A DNA stretch of 49,810 bases from an uncultured Clostridia bacterium. GTDB lineage: Bacteria; Aerophobota; Aerophobia; Aerophobales; B3-G15. A program made the translations under genes and the position numbers. The notes below the pieces were generated by a model. The model searched no databases, was not told the DNA's origin, and saw only the letters and a program-made list of their open reading frames with translations. Numbering within the stretch: the first letter of the stretch is position 1; every line of letters begins with the position of its first letter. Below are positions 27,380 through 37,254 of this stretch, piece after piece. The stretch lies in assembly GCA_964482715.1 (NCBI GenBank), contig CAYZYX010000010.1:1-49810 (forward strand), given 5' to 3'.

Positions 27380-27913
27380 TTAACTTGCCTCCTCAGGAAT
27401 CTCTTTATCTAATTCAAAAGCTTCGTGAACCAGTCTTACAGCCTTTTTACCTTCCTTCTTTCTGATTACACAGGATATCTTAATTTCCGAAGTCGAAATC
27501 ATATCTATATTTATACCGGCGTTTCCCAGGCAGGTAAACATTCTGGCTGCAACTCCTGGGTGTGATTGCATGCCTGCTCCCACTATGGATACTTTTGCCA
27601 TATCAGGGTCATAGATAATTTCATCCACACGGAGTTCTGAGCCAACCTTTTCCATTACTTTTCTTACCTGGGGCAGGTCTTTTTCTTCAACCGTAAAGGA
27701 TATGGTATTTTTTCCTTCAGGAGAGCTACTCTGGACAATCATATCAACATTTATATTCGCCTCGGCCAGTTTACCAAAAATAAACCCTGCTACACCTGGT
27801 TTGTCAGGGACACCTCTCACTGTTATTTTAGCCTCTGTCTCATCAAGGACAACCCCGGTTACGATGAACCCTTCAATGGGTTCTTCCACAATTTTTCCAG
27901 ATGCCTCTCTCAT
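27380..27913 (-). CDS. Putative in-frame aspartokinase beta subunit (internal start)
   Basis: AAGGGA 7 nt before the in-frame ATG at 27913, in the linker before the ACT domains. Confidence 0.5.
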   Translation of the reverse strand: MREASGKIVEEPIEGFIVTGVVLDETEAKITVRGVPDKPGVAGFIFGKLAEANINVDMIVQSSSPEGKNTISFTVEEKDLPQVRKVMEKVGSELRVDEIIYDPDMAKVSIVGAGMQSHPGVAARMFTCLGNAGINIDMISTSEIKISCVIRKKEGKKAVRLVHEAFELDKEIPEEAS

Positions 27914-28666
27914 TTCTTTTTCCCTTTCATTTTTTATATTACTCATTATTATTGTTCCTTCATTTTCAGTGAAACTGGAACGTATATGCAGAGGAACATT
28001 AAATTTTTTTGCTACCTCCACTGCCCGCAGGTGCAGAACCTTAGCCCCCAGGCTGGCAAGTTCAAGCATTTCATCATAGACAATTTTCTTGAGTTTTTTA
28101 GCCTCAGGGACTATTCTGGGATCAGCAGTAAAGACTCCCTCTACATCGGTATAGATTTCACAGATTTGTGCCTTTAATGCAGCAGCAAGCGCTACCGCAG
28201 TGGTATCTGAACCTCCCCGACCTAAAGTGGTTATAGTTTCTTCGGGAGTAATACCCTGAAATCCTGCCACTACTACAATTTTCCCTCTGTTAAGTTCTTC
28301 GAGAATTTTTTCTGACCTTATTTTCTTTATACGCGCTTTAGTGTGAAAGTCATCAGTTATTATTTTGCCCTGATAGGCGGTCAAAGCTACAGCTTTTTCT
28401 CCTTCTGCCTCAAGTGCAGCAGCGAGTAAAGCTGCAGAAACCATTTCGCCAGTAGAAAGAAGAAGGTCCAGCTCTCTCTTTGGCGGATCAGGATTTACCT
28501 TTTCCATGAGACTTATCAGATTATCTGTTGTGTCTCCCATGGCAGAAACAACTACCACTAAACTATTACCCTCTTTTTTGGTCTTAATTATTCCCTTTCC
28601 TACTTCCTTTATCCTCTCCGGGGTAGCCAGAGAGGAACCACCGTATTTTTGAACAATTAAAGCCAA
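27380..28666 (-). CDS. lysC: Aspartokinase (alpha subunit, two ACT domains)
   Basis: VQKYGGSS, TLGRGGSDTTA, YTDVEG, ISTSEIKISC; TTG start. Confidence 0.95.
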   Translation of the reverse strand: MALIVQKYGGSSLATPERIKEVGKGIIKTKKEGNSLVVVVSAMGDTTDNLISLMEKVNPDPPKRELDLLLSTGEMVSAALLAAALEAEGEKAVALTAYQGKIITDDFHTKARIKKIRSEKILEELNRGKIVVVAGFQGITPEETITTLGRGGSDTTAVALAAALKAQICEIYTDVEGVFTADPRIVPEAKKLKKIVYDEMLELASLGAKVLHLRAVEVAKKFNVPLHIRSSFTENEGTIIMSNIKNEREKEMREASGKIVEEPIEGFIVTGVVLDETEAKITVRGVPDKPGVAGFIFGKLAEANINVDMIVQSSSPEGKNTISFTVEEKDLPQVRKVMEKVGSELRVDEIIYDPDMAKVSIVGAGMQSHPGVAARMFTCLGNAGINIDMISTSEIKISCVIRKKEGKKAVRLVHEAFELDKEIPEEAS

Positions 28667-28669
28667 TTT

Positions 28670-29836
28670 CTACACTCCATCAATTTCCAGTTTTTCTATC
28701 TGGTGTAAAACGAACTCCCTTATTTTTTGTGGAGCAGGAAGGCTTTGCACAACTTTTCCCTCTTTTATCATTAGTTTAAGAAGAGGTTGCATTTTTTTTC
28801 CGCATCTGCAAAGAGGTGTATTCTCTGACCAGGGAGTAGTTTGCCTGAAATTACAGGACTGACAAACCCATACCTGTTTTCTTCCCGAGAGTTTACCCTT
28901 CTTGGCAATTGGAACACCCTCAATTTCAACAATATCAAGAGAAAAGTCGACCACAGGCGCATTACTGATCCAGGTGCCAACTCCGAAGGCATCGGCGATG
29001 GAACTTAAAGCTCGGATTTTATTTTCGTCAATTCCACCTGAGACGAAGAGTTGAACGTGTTGGTGACCCCTGAGGTTCAGCTCCCACCTGAGTTCCTTTA
29101 GTATCTCCACTATATTGCCCCTTCGAGAAGGGGGTGTATCCACTCGTACCGCAAAAAGACTCTTCCCCAGCGCTTCAGCCACTCTTATTGTCTCAAACTT
29201 CTCGTCCCCCATGGTATCAATTAAAGCTACTCGTTTAACCTGAGGGTCTATTACCTGGTGAAAAAGCTGTGTTGCTTTTAGTGTATCACCAACAAGCAGA
29301 ACCAGGCTATGAGGAATGGTCCCTATAGCTTCCTGTCGTAGAAACCTTGCACTTTCCTCAACGGCTACTCCATCGCATCCACCAATATAAGATGCTCTAT
29401 CAATCATTAAAGTTATGGCTGGATGCATCCTCCTTGCCCCGAAGTGATAGATAGATTTACCTCCAGCCAGTTTTTTGCACCTTGCTGCTCTGGTAGCAAT
29501 TCCAGAAGCCTGACACAGAAAACCAAGAAGAGAGGTCTCGTAAGTGGCAAATTCACTGTAGCTACCTTCTATTAAAAGAACAGGTTCCATGGGATAAAAT
29601 ACCGTCCCTTCAGACATTATCCATACGTTTATCTTTAATCCCTCAAGAAGATTTACTGCCTCTTCAACACCAGCTAAGACAGCCCAGGGGTAATTACAGG
29701 GAAATTTTCTCGCCCTTATTTCAGCAGCTACCCTTTTATCCAGGTTTTTACTTTTTATAATTTTAACCGTCCTGTTAAAGTAAATATCTGTAATGCTGGC
29801 ATTTTTGATCTTTTCCTGACAGTAAAAGTGAAACAT
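28670..29836 (-). CDS. pncB: Nicotinate phosphoribosyltransferase (short form with C-terminal Cys cluster)
   Basis: TDIYF, FGARRMHP, GTIPHS, VRVDTP, SGGID, FGVGT, KKGKLSG. Confidence 0.88.
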   Translation of the reverse strand: MFHFYCQEKIKNASITDIYFNRTVKIIKSKNLDKRVAAEIRARKFPCNYPWAVLAGVEEAVNLLEGLKINVWIMSEGTVFYPMEPVLLIEGSYSEFATYETSLLGFLCQASGIATRAARCKKLAGGKSIYHFGARRMHPAITLMIDRASYIGGCDGVAVEESARFLRQEAIGTIPHSLVLLVGDTLKATQLFHQVIDPQVKRVALIDTMGDEKFETIRVAEALGKSLFAVRVDTPPSRRGNIVEILKELRWELNLRGHQHVQLFVSGGIDENKIRALSSIADAFGVGTWISNAPVVDFSLDIVEIEGVPIAKKGKLSGRKQVWVCQSCNFRQTTPWSENTPLCRCGKKMQPLLKLMIKEGKVVQSLPAPQKIREFVLHQIEKLEIDGV

Positions 29837-29863
29837 CGTTTCCTCTTCTTAAAGTTAAATTTT

Positions 29864-29896
29864 TTTAAATTATAATATAATTTAAATTCCCGTAAA
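29864..29896 (-). promoter_or_regulatory. pncB-operon promoter with a 23-bp palindrome
   Basis: TTTACG-16 nt-TATAAT on the minus strand; TTTAAATTATA-A-TATAATTTAAA at 29864-29886. Confidence 0.55.
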
Positions 29897-29924
29897 GAGA
29901 TTTTCTCCTGATGTCAGGAATTTT

Positions 29925-30974
29925 TTACAGTTCTTCAGCTCGATGGCAGGCTACCTGATGCCCGTTACCTATATCTCGCAGATGAGGCTCTTCTTCTTTG
30001 CATTTTGGGGCCACATAAGGACAGCGAGGATGAAATCTACATCCTTTGGGTGGATTAACCGGACTTGGGACATCTCCTTCAAGAATAATACGTTTTCCTC
30101 TCTTATCCATATCAGTTTGAGGAATGGCTGAAATTAATGCCATGGTGTAAGGGTGTTTTGCGTTGAAGAAAATTTCTTCAGTAGAAGCCAGCTCTATTAT
30201 TTTGCCCAGATACATTACGGCAATTCTTGTGGCGATGTACTGAACTACCATTAAATGGTGGGTAATAAAAAGGTAGGTTAAATTAAATTCTTTTTGAAGT
30301 TTTTTGAGTAAATTTAAAATCTGTGCTTGAACGGATACGTCAAGGGCCGAGGTAGGCTCGTCAAGAACTATAAAATCGGGGTTGGTGGCAAGTGCCCGTG
30401 CTATAGCGATTCTCTGGCGCTGTCCCCCGCTGAACTCATGAGGATACCTGAAAAGATGATCCTCGGTGAGGCCAACTTTTTGTAAAAGCTCAAGTGCTCT
30501 TCTTTCACTGTCTTCAGTAATTTTGTGAACTCGAAGGGGTTCGCTCACGATATCTTTTATTAACATCCTGGGATTAAGCGAGGAGGAGGGATCTTGAAAA
30601 ACAATCTGCATTTTTTTTCTTATTTTTTTTAGTTTATTACCCCGAAAAAGGGAGAGGTCGTACTCTTTTCTAAGCTGCATAAGCTCGGAAGAATTAGAGT
30701 TTTGTGAAATTAACCTGTCTATTTTTTCTTTTACTTTTTGGGGAGTTTCAAAGAAAATGAATCCATGGGTTGGTTCAAAAAGACGGATTATCGTCTTTCC
30801 CAGCGTGGTTTTTCCACAGCCAGATTCTCCCACCAGCCCCAGACATTCCCCTTTTCTAATTTTTAAATTAACTCCATCTACAGCTTTTACATCACCGACT
30901 CTTTTCCTGAATACTCCTCCCAAAATGGGATAGTATTTTTTAAGATTTCTTATCTCCAAAATAAATTCTTGCAT
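29925..30974 (-). CDS. Oligo/dipeptide ABC transporter ATPase (DppF/OppF-like)
   Basis: [35 protein letters not shown]. Confidence 0.93.
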   Translation of the reverse strand: MQEFILEIRNLKKYYPILGGVFRKRVGDVKAVDGVNLKIRKGECLGLVGESGCGKTTLGKTIIRLFEPTHGFIFFETPQKVKEKIDRLISQNSNSSELMQLRKEYDLSLFRGNKLKKIRKKMQIVFQDPSSSLNPRMLIKDIVSEPLRVHKITEDSERRALELLQKVGLTEDHLFRYPHEFSGGQRQRIAIARALATNPDFIVLDEPTSALDVSVQAQILNLLKKLQKEFNLTYLFITHHLMVVQYIATRIAVMYLGKIIELASTEEIFFNAKHPYTMALISAIPQTDMDKRGKRIILEGDVPSPVNPPKGCRFHPRCPYVAPKCKEEEPHLRDIGNGHQVACHRAEEL

Positions 30975-30977
30975 TTT

Positions 30978-32078
30978 TCACTCTTTAAAAAAATGACAGG
31001 TTATAAGATGATCTTTACTAACTTTTTCTGGCTTTGGTTTTATCCTGGTACATTTTTCTTTCGCTCTGGGGCAACGTGGATGAAATCTACATCCAGATGG
31101 AGGATTGACGAGATTAGGTACACTTCCTTCTATACTTTCCAGGAAGGTAGTTCCAGGTCTTGGAATCGCCTTGAGCAGGGCTTTAGTATAAGGATGAAGA
31201 GGATTTTTGAATATTTCCCGGGTTTTAGCCAGTTCACATATGACGCCTGCATACATTATGGCAACCCAGTTGCACATTTCGGATATTACCCCTAAATCAT
31301 GAGAGATAAAAAGAACCGACGTTTTCATTGTTTTCTTTAACCACCTGATTAAATCAAGGATTTGAGCCTGGATGGTTACATCGAGATTAGAAGTTGGTTC
31401 GTCAGCTATGAGTAGTTTGGGATGGCAGGCAAGAGCAATGGCAATAACTATTCTCTGTTGCATCCCCCCGGATAATTCGTGAGGATATCTTTTAATCACA
31501 CTTTCAGGTTCGGGGATACCCATTTTACGCAGAAGCTCAACAGCTCTTTCCAGAGCGATTTTTCTCATTCGATTTTTATAAAACTTACTTTCCCCCATTA
31601 ATTTTATTCTGCGATAAAGAGGCAGCCCCTCTCTTTGAAGCTCCTTTTTTATCTGTTTTAGAGCTTCTTCCCGTAACTCTCTGATCTGGTGTAACAAGAA
31701 GCTTTCTGCTATTTGCTCTCCAACCGTATACACAGGATTAAGAGCAGAGCTTGGCTCCTGGAAGATCATGGATATTTCGTTTCCGCGGATGATCATTTGC
31801 ATAAACTGTTCGGGTTCTTCCAGAAGATCTCGAAAGGACTTATCTTTATCCTTGCCCACCTTAAAGATTACTTTTCCTGATTCTATTCTGCCTGGTGGCA
31901 AAATTAATCTCATAATGGAAAGAGAGGTAACACTTTTACCACACCCTGTTTCTCCAACCAATCCAACGGTATCCTGTTCGCCTATTTGAAAATTTACTTC
32001 ATCGAGAGCCTTAACGATACCTTCGTAAGTGTAAAAGTTTGTCTTCAGGTCTTGCACCTTTAATAAAAGCTTGGTCAA
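30978..32078 (-). CDS. Oligo/dipeptide ABC transporter ATPase (DppD/OppD-like)
   Basis: [31 protein letters not shown] start. Confidence 0.93.
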   Translation of the reverse strand: MTKLLLKVQDLKTNFYTYEGIVKALDEVNFQIGEQDTVGLVGETGCGKSVTSLSIMRLILPPGRIESGKVIFKVGKDKDKSFRDLLEEPEQFMQMIIRGNEISMIFQEPSSALNPVYTVGEQIAESFLLHQIRELREEALKQIKKELQREGLPLYRRIKLMGESKFYKNRMRKIALERAVELLRKMGIPEPESVIKRYPHELSGGMQQRIVIAIALACHPKLLIADEPTSNLDVTIQAQILDLIRWLKKTMKTSVLFISHDLGVISEMCNWVAIMYAGVICELAKTREIFKNPLHPYTKALLKAIPRPGTTFLESIEGSVPNLVNPPSGCRFHPRCPRAKEKCTRIKPKPEKVSKDHLITCHFFKE

Positions 32079-33014
32079 TTATCTTCTCCTCAATTTAGGA
32101 TCAAGGATGTCTCTAAAAGCATCTCCCAGCAGATTCCACCCCAGGACAAAGAGCAAAATAAAAATACCAGGAATGGTAACTGTATACCAGTAAGCTAAGG
32201 GATTTCCCGGTGGGCCAACTATCCAGTTTCGGGCAAAGCTGATCATCTGTCCCCAATCAGCATATCCAATAGGTGCACCCAGTCCAAGGAAGCTGAGTGC
32301 TGCAGCGGTCAGAACCATAGCTCCAATATCAAGGGAAGCCATGATCAAAAGAGGATAAATGGCATTGGGAAGCACGTGTTTGAAAATTATTCCCCAGTCT
32401 GAAACACCGGTAGCCCTTGCCGCCTCAACATACATTTCTTCCCTCACTGAGAGGATGTCTCCCCGTAAAAGACGAGCATAAGCTGGCCAGCCAACCACGA
32501 TAAGAGCAATCATTACATTATCCAGTCCATGTCCTAAGGCTGTCACAAGAGCCATAGCCAGAATTAAAGGGGGCAAAGCCATAAATGTATCCACAATTCT
32601 CATTATTGTTTCATCAACTAATCCTCCATAGTAACCAGATAGACTTCCCAGAATAATTCCAATTACCAGAATACTCCCCACCACCATAAGTCCTATACGA
32701 AAAGCTGTCCTTGTTCCCCAGATTACTCCATAAAAAATATCGTATTGACCCTCTGTGGTTCCAAAGGGATGTTTCAGGCTTGGAGGTTTAGGAATGGCAC
32801 TGTAACCATCCCGTGGGATTCGATAGGGGTCATGAGGGTACCTGGGAGGCGCTATAATCGGAGCCAGGAGCGCGATCACTACGAAAAAAAGTATTATGCA
32901 AAGACCCACTATAGAAAGTGGACTTTTTTTAATACGATTCAAAGAAAACTTGAATTCCTTGATTCTTGGTTCAATTCTCTTTTTGAGTTTTTCTTTTTTT
33001 TGAATTATTTTCAT
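32079..33014 (-). CDS. Oligo/dipeptide ABC permease (DppC-like)
   Basis: HPFGT, YVEAARATG, LSFLGLG, NLLGDAFRDILDP. Confidence 0.93.
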   Translation of the reverse strand: MKIIQKKEKLKKRIEPRIKEFKFSLNRIKKSPLSIVGLCIILFFVVIALLAPIIAPPRYPHDPYRIPRDGYSAIPKPPSLKHPFGTTEGQYDIFYGVIWGTRTAFRIGLMVVGSILVIGIILGSLSGYYGGLVDETIMRIVDTFMALPPLILAMALVTALGHGLDNVMIALIVVGWPAYARLLRGDILSVREEMYVEAARATGVSDWGIIFKHVLPNAIYPLLIMASLDIGAMVLTAAALSFLGLGAPIGYADWGQMISFARNWIVGPPGNPLAYWYTVTIPGIFILLFVLGWNLLGDAFRDILDPKLRRR

Positions 33015-34039
33015 CCAAGTCTGACTCGAGGATCAAAATAGGCGTATAAAAGGTCCACTATTAAATTGGTAATTACGAAAAGTATTCCATTGAAAAGAAC
33101 CGCACCCAGAACTGCTGGTATATCAAGCTGAATGGCGGCTCTTGCCCACCACCAGCCCAGCCCCTTCCGGTTAAATATGGTCTCTGTTATCACCACCCCA
33201 CTCATTAACATGGCAAAGAGATATCCAGATACAGTGATTACAGGAATCATTGCATTTTTGCGGGCATGTTTTTTTATTACCGTCTTCTCATCGGCTCCCT
33301 TAGCCCGAGCGGTAATGATATATCCTTTCCCCAAGACCTCCAGCATACTGGATCTCATTATTCTCATGACCATAGCACAATCAATTATAGTCAGGGTGGC
33401 AACGGGCAGGACCAGATGACGTAAAGCATCCACAAATATCCATAGCTTCCCGTTGAGGAGAGCATCAATGGTGTTTATCCCCGTAAATCTTGTAAAATCC
33501 CCCGATTTTACCACTAAACTGGCCTTAACTCCCAGTGATTCTGGTGGAAAAAGACCGGAAAAATAGCCATAGAAAACCATAAGCAAAACAAGTCCCAGCC
33601 AGAAAGAGGGCAGGGACCATCCAACAATGGCAAATACCCTGCTGGCATGATCAACAAATTTATCCTGATGAACAGCAGCCGTTCCCCCCAGATATATCCC
33701 TATAAGAATTATCAGGGGAGCAGAGAAAAGACCGAGTTCAAGAGTAGTTGGGAAAAAATAAAAAAATGCCTCCAGAACAGGACGTTCTGCTGTTTTGGAC
33801 CAGCCAAGGTTGCCTTTCAAAACTTCTGAGATCCATCTAAAATACTGGACATAAATTGGAGCATCCAGTCCATGCTTGGCTATCACCCCTTGAATATCAC
33901 GGAGCTGTTTTATGTCAGTAACAAAGACAGCAGCTCGTTGTTCAGGAGAGAAGAGACTAAGGATAAGGAAAATAATGACACTTACCCCTATTAGTACTGG
34001 AATGATAAGAAGCAGTCTTCTTATTATGTAATTTAACAT
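33011..34039 (-). CDS. Oligo/dipeptide ABC permease (DppB-like)
   Basis: YIIRRLL, TARAKG, VDLLYAYFDPRV. Confidence 0.93.
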   Translation of the reverse strand: MLNYIIRRLLLIIPVLIGVSVIIFLILSLFSPEQRAAVFVTDIKQLRDIQGVIAKHGLDAPIYVQYFRWISEVLKGNLGWSKTAERPVLEAFFYFFPTTLELGLFSAPLIILIGIYLGGTAAVHQDKFVDHASRVFAIVGWSLPSFWLGLVLLMVFYGYFSGLFPPESLGVKASLVVKSGDFTRFTGINTIDALLNGKLWIFVDALRHLVLPVATLTIIDCAMVMRIMRSSMLEVLGKGYIITARAKGADEKTVIKKHARKNAMIPVITVSGYLFAMLMSGVVITETIFNRKGLGWWWARAAIQLDIPAVLGAVLFNGILFVITNLIVDLLYAYFDPRVRLG

Positions 34040-34051
34040 TTTGGTTTATGT

Positions 34052-34087
34052 AAAGTAAAAAGCGAGACCAATACCGGCCTCGCTTTT
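34052..34087 (-). terminator. Terminator/attenuator hairpin between the binding-protein and permease genes
   Basis: Minus strand GCGAGGCCGG-TA-TTGGTCTCGC followed by TTTTTACTTT. Confidence 0.65.
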
Positions 34088-34112
34088 AATTTTTTCAACC
34101 TGCCAGTTTTGC

Positions 34113-35867
34113 TTACTTTTTATAAATTGGATAAAGGTAGCCCTGGATTTCTCCATTTGGATAAATTGGATTAAAGTACCAGCCATGAACCCAATCTCTT
34201 TCATAATGACGTAAAAGTTGCTGATAAAGAGGAACACTTGGAACATCGTCATAATAGATGAGCTGCAACTGATAGTAAATCTGGCCTCTTTTTTCAGGGT
34301 CAATGGTTTTAATTCCACGTTCAATTAACTCATCAACTATGGGGTTGTGATAGCTCTGAAAAGCGGAAAAGTCACCCTGAGAGTGCATGAAGGGATGAAC
34401 AAAATTGTGAGGATCAGCATAATCGGCAAGCCAGCCTATAATGAAAAGAGTTAACCTTCGATTTACCAGTTCTTTGAGATAAGTTGACCACTCTACTGGT
34501 CTTACCTCTATTTTAAACTTGGGATTTAAAGCCTCTACATTTTCTTCAAACATCCTGGCTGCAATTTCTCGCATCGTGTTACCGGTATTGTACAGGATGG
34601 TGAACTTAAATCCTTTCTCCCAGACTTTTCCTCCCCAGGCTTTCTTAAAGTGTTCTTTTGCCTTTTCTGGATCAAAATAATAGGTTTCCTGTTCGGGATT
34701 TCTGTAAGCAATTCCTTCAGGAATTGGTCCAACTGGCTTTAAAGCCTCACCCATGAAAACGTCCTGAAGATAGGTTTCCCAATCAAAAGAGTAAGCAAAT
34801 CCCAGTCTAACATCCTTATCAGAAAAAAAGTCCGGAGGTATTCCTTCTCCATCGAGTTTACCACTTCCAATATCAGCATTTCCCTCTGGATTTATGTTAA
34901 AATTAAAAAATGCAGCACTTAGAGTGAGACTGGGGAGTTTTTTTGCTACCCTTATCCCTTCAACGCCTTCCAGCTCTTGAATGTAGGGTTGAGGAACGTA
35001 AATGATGTCTGCGTCACCGGCAAGAAACATGAGTTTTCGGGTGGTCCATTCTTCAACAATTTTCCAGATAACTCTTTTTAATTTAGCAGGACCCTGCCAG
35101 TAGTCGTCAAATCTGGCAACCACTGTTTCTACACCAGGTTCCCATCTCTCCAGCTTAAAAGGCCCGGTTCCGCAAGCTATAGCATGAAGAGTCTCCTTAC
35201 CCGGCTCTGGATTATTGTATTTTTTCCAGGTTTCAGCTGTTCCCGGCCAATCCCCATGCTTCACACAGAATTTCTTGCTAACAATTGAACCCCAGGTGTT
35301 AGCCAGAATTGTCAGAAAAGGAGGGTAGGGATGTTTCAGGTGGAAAACTACATTATCTCCCTCTACCTCTACAGCTTTATCTATTTGTTCAAAGTCTATT
35401 ACTATGTTACCTTCGCTATCTCTTGAACCATGAACTCCAAGAAGGGGTTCATAAAGCATCCAAACCGGACCTCCATCTCTATCCTGAACCATTGCCCTTT
35501 CAAAAGAGTATTCTACATCTTCTGGAGTAAGGATCTCTCCATTATGGAATTTTACCCCCTTTCTTATAGGAAAAGTATAAGTCAGGCCATCAGGAGAGAT
35601 AAGTCCATTTTCTACACTGGGGACTTTCGTTGCCAGAACAGGAATAAATTCATCAGTTTTACCATCTTTGAAGGAAACCAGGGTTTCGTAAATATTGAAT
35701 ATTCTTGCTCCGCTGGCGGTATCATACGCCCAGGCAGGATCCAGAGAATCAACGGTTCCAATGTCAGCTACAATTAGAGTATCCGGGTTTTTCACTTCAG
35801 CGGCAAATCCAGCTCCCCAACTTAGAATAATTCCCATTATTACCAGTGCCAACACCACTTTCTTCAC
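34113..35867 (-). CDS. Family 5 (DppA/OppA) ABC substrate-binding protein
   Basis: Signal peptide; SLDPAWAYD, GTGPFKL, GWLADYADP; SD AAGGAGG before GTG. Confidence 0.93.
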   Translation of the reverse strand: MKKVVLALVIMGIILSWGAGFAAEVKNPDTLIVADIGTVDSLDPAWAYDTASGARIFNIYETLVSFKDGKTDEFIPVLATKVPSVENGLISPDGLTYTFPIRKGVKFHNGEILTPEDVEYSFERAMVQDRDGGPVWMLYEPLLGVHGSRDSEGNIVIDFEQIDKAVEVEGDNVVFHLKHPYPPFLTILANTWGSIVSKKFCVKHGDWPGTAETWKKYNNPEPGKETLHAIACGTGPFKLERWEPGVETVVARFDDYWQGPAKLKRVIWKIVEEWTTRKLMFLAGDADIIYVPQPYIQELEGVEGIRVAKKLPSLTLSAAFFNFNINPEGNADIGSGKLDGEGIPPDFFSDKDVRLGFAYSFDWETYLQDVFMGEALKPVGPIPEGIAYRNPEQETYYFDPEKAKEHFKKAWGGKVWEKGFKFTILYNTGNTMREIAARMFEENVEALNPKFKIEVRPVEWSTYLKELVNRRLTLFIIGWLADYADPHNFVHPFMHSQGDFSAFQSYHNPIVDELIERGIKTIDPEKRGQIYYQLQLIYYDDVPSVPLYQQLLRHYERDWVHGWYFNPIYPNGEIQGYLYPIYKK

Positions 35868-35916
35868 CTCATCCTCCTTTATTTTTTATTTTTTCTCATA
35901 TCCCGTTCACCTGCCT

Positions 35917-35945
35917 ATTATATCACCTCGTAAGATATAAGTCAA
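35917..35945 (-). promoter_or_regulatory. Promoter of the dpp operon
   Basis: TTGACT-17 nt-TATAAT with TGn extension on the minus strand. Confidence 0.7.
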
Positions 35946-35958
35946 TTTCAGAATCGTT

Positions 35959-36726
35959 TTAAAAAAAGGAGAAAACAAGAAGAGCCATTACCTCACTTAG
36001 TTCAATGTGCCCTCCTAATGTGTCTCCGGTAAATCCACCGATTTTCTTTTTAAAGTATAATGCCCATAGCAAAGAAAACCCCGTTAAAAAAATAAAAGGG
36101 ATTAAAAATGCTCTACCAATAAGGAAAATTCCTGAAATTATGGTTATCAAAGTAGCGCCAATAATTTGAGGATATCCTATCAGATTTGCAAATCTGGCTG
36201 TTCCCTGTTCTCTGGCATAAGGAATAAGATAACATCCTAACAACATAGACCATCTGCTTAAAACCGGAACGTAAACCAGATTTCTAAGTCTAAGTGAAGT
36301 AACAATACCGGTAATTAGGGCAAATTTTATTAACACCAAAATGACTATCCCTATGGTTCCTTTTGCTCCCGGATGAACATCCTTCATAATATCGAGAATT
36401 TCCTGTTTGCTCTTTCCCCCACTTAAACCATCGATTGTATCCGCAAAGCCATCTAAATGGAGTCCCCCGGTCATATAGACCCATCCTGTCAGAATTAGAG
36501 CCGATATAATTAAAGGGGAAAGAGAAGAAAATACCAGCCAGATGAGATATATTATGCCACCAATTATAAGTCCTACTGCTGGAAAAAAAAGGGTAGAGTT
36601 TGCCAGTTCAATCTCATCAGGTCTGTATCCTCTTTTGTAACCTGTAGGTATGCAGGTTAAAAACTGTAGGCTAATCAAAAAGTAAAAGGGAAGTTTTTTC
36701 CCGTTTAAAAATGTGCTCTCTCTCAC
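35959..36726 (-). CDS. cobS: Adenosylcobinamide-GDP ribazoletransferase
   Basis: TGGLHLDGFADTIDG, IMKD, IGGFTGDTLG; GTG at 36726 overlapping the cobU stop preferred over 36750. Confidence 0.9.
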   Translation of the reverse strand: MRESTFLNGKKLPFYFLISLQFLTCIPTGYKRGYRPDEIELANSTLFFPAVGLIIGGIIYLIWLVFSSLSPLIISALILTGWVYMTGGLHLDGFADTIDGLSGGKSKQEILDIMKDVHPGAKGTIGIVILVLIKFALITGIVTSLRLRNLVYVPVLSRWSMLLGCYLIPYAREQGTARFANLIGYPQIIGATLITIISGIFLIGRAFLIPFIFLTGFSLLWALYFKKKIGGFTGDTLGGHIELSEVMALLVFSFF

Positions 36727-37241
36727 TTTAATCTCCAGGGAATTCCACAAATAATAAGCCAGACCTGGTCAGCTTTTTTGGCCATTATCTGATTAGCCAG
36801 CCCAGCAATATCTCTGAAATTTCTTCCCAGTGAAGTTTGTGGAACGACCCCCCATCCCACCTCATTGGTAACCACAACAGTTAGGCGATTGAATTTTTTT
36901 CCATTTTCAGCTATAGCCTGGACTTGTTTTAAGATAGACTTTTCTTCCTCACCTTCCAGAAGTAGATTAGAGATGAGCATTGTGAGACAATCAATTATCA
37001 CCGTCCTGTGAGGTGAATTGATTTTAGAAAGGACAGAAGCAACATCTTTTCTTTCTTCAACAGTCTCCCAGTGAGAAGGACGGGAGCTCTGATGAAGTTT
37101 TATTCTTTTTGTCATTTCCTCATCACAAGGGGAGGCTGTAGCTATAAATGTTACCCGGGAAGAAGCACGGGAGGCAATCTCTACAGCGTATCTGCTTTTT
37201 CCACTTCGTACACCTCCAGTAACTAAAATAAGCTCTGGCAT
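36723..37241 (-). CDS. cobU: Adenosylcobinamide kinase / cobinamide-phosphate guanylyltransferase
   Basis: TGGVRSGKS, EEMTKRIKLHQSSRP, DCLT, TNEVGWGVVP. Confidence 0.93.
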   Translation of the reverse strand: MPELILVTGGVRSGKSRYAVEIASRASSRVTFIATASPCDEEMTKRIKLHQSSRPSHWETVEERKDVASVLSKINSPHRTVIIDCLTMLISNLLLEGEEEKSILKQVQAIAENGKKFNRLTVVVTNEVGWGVVPQTSLGRNFRDIAGLANQIMAKKADQVWLIICGIPWRLK

Positions 37242-37254
37242 ACAGGCACCTTCT

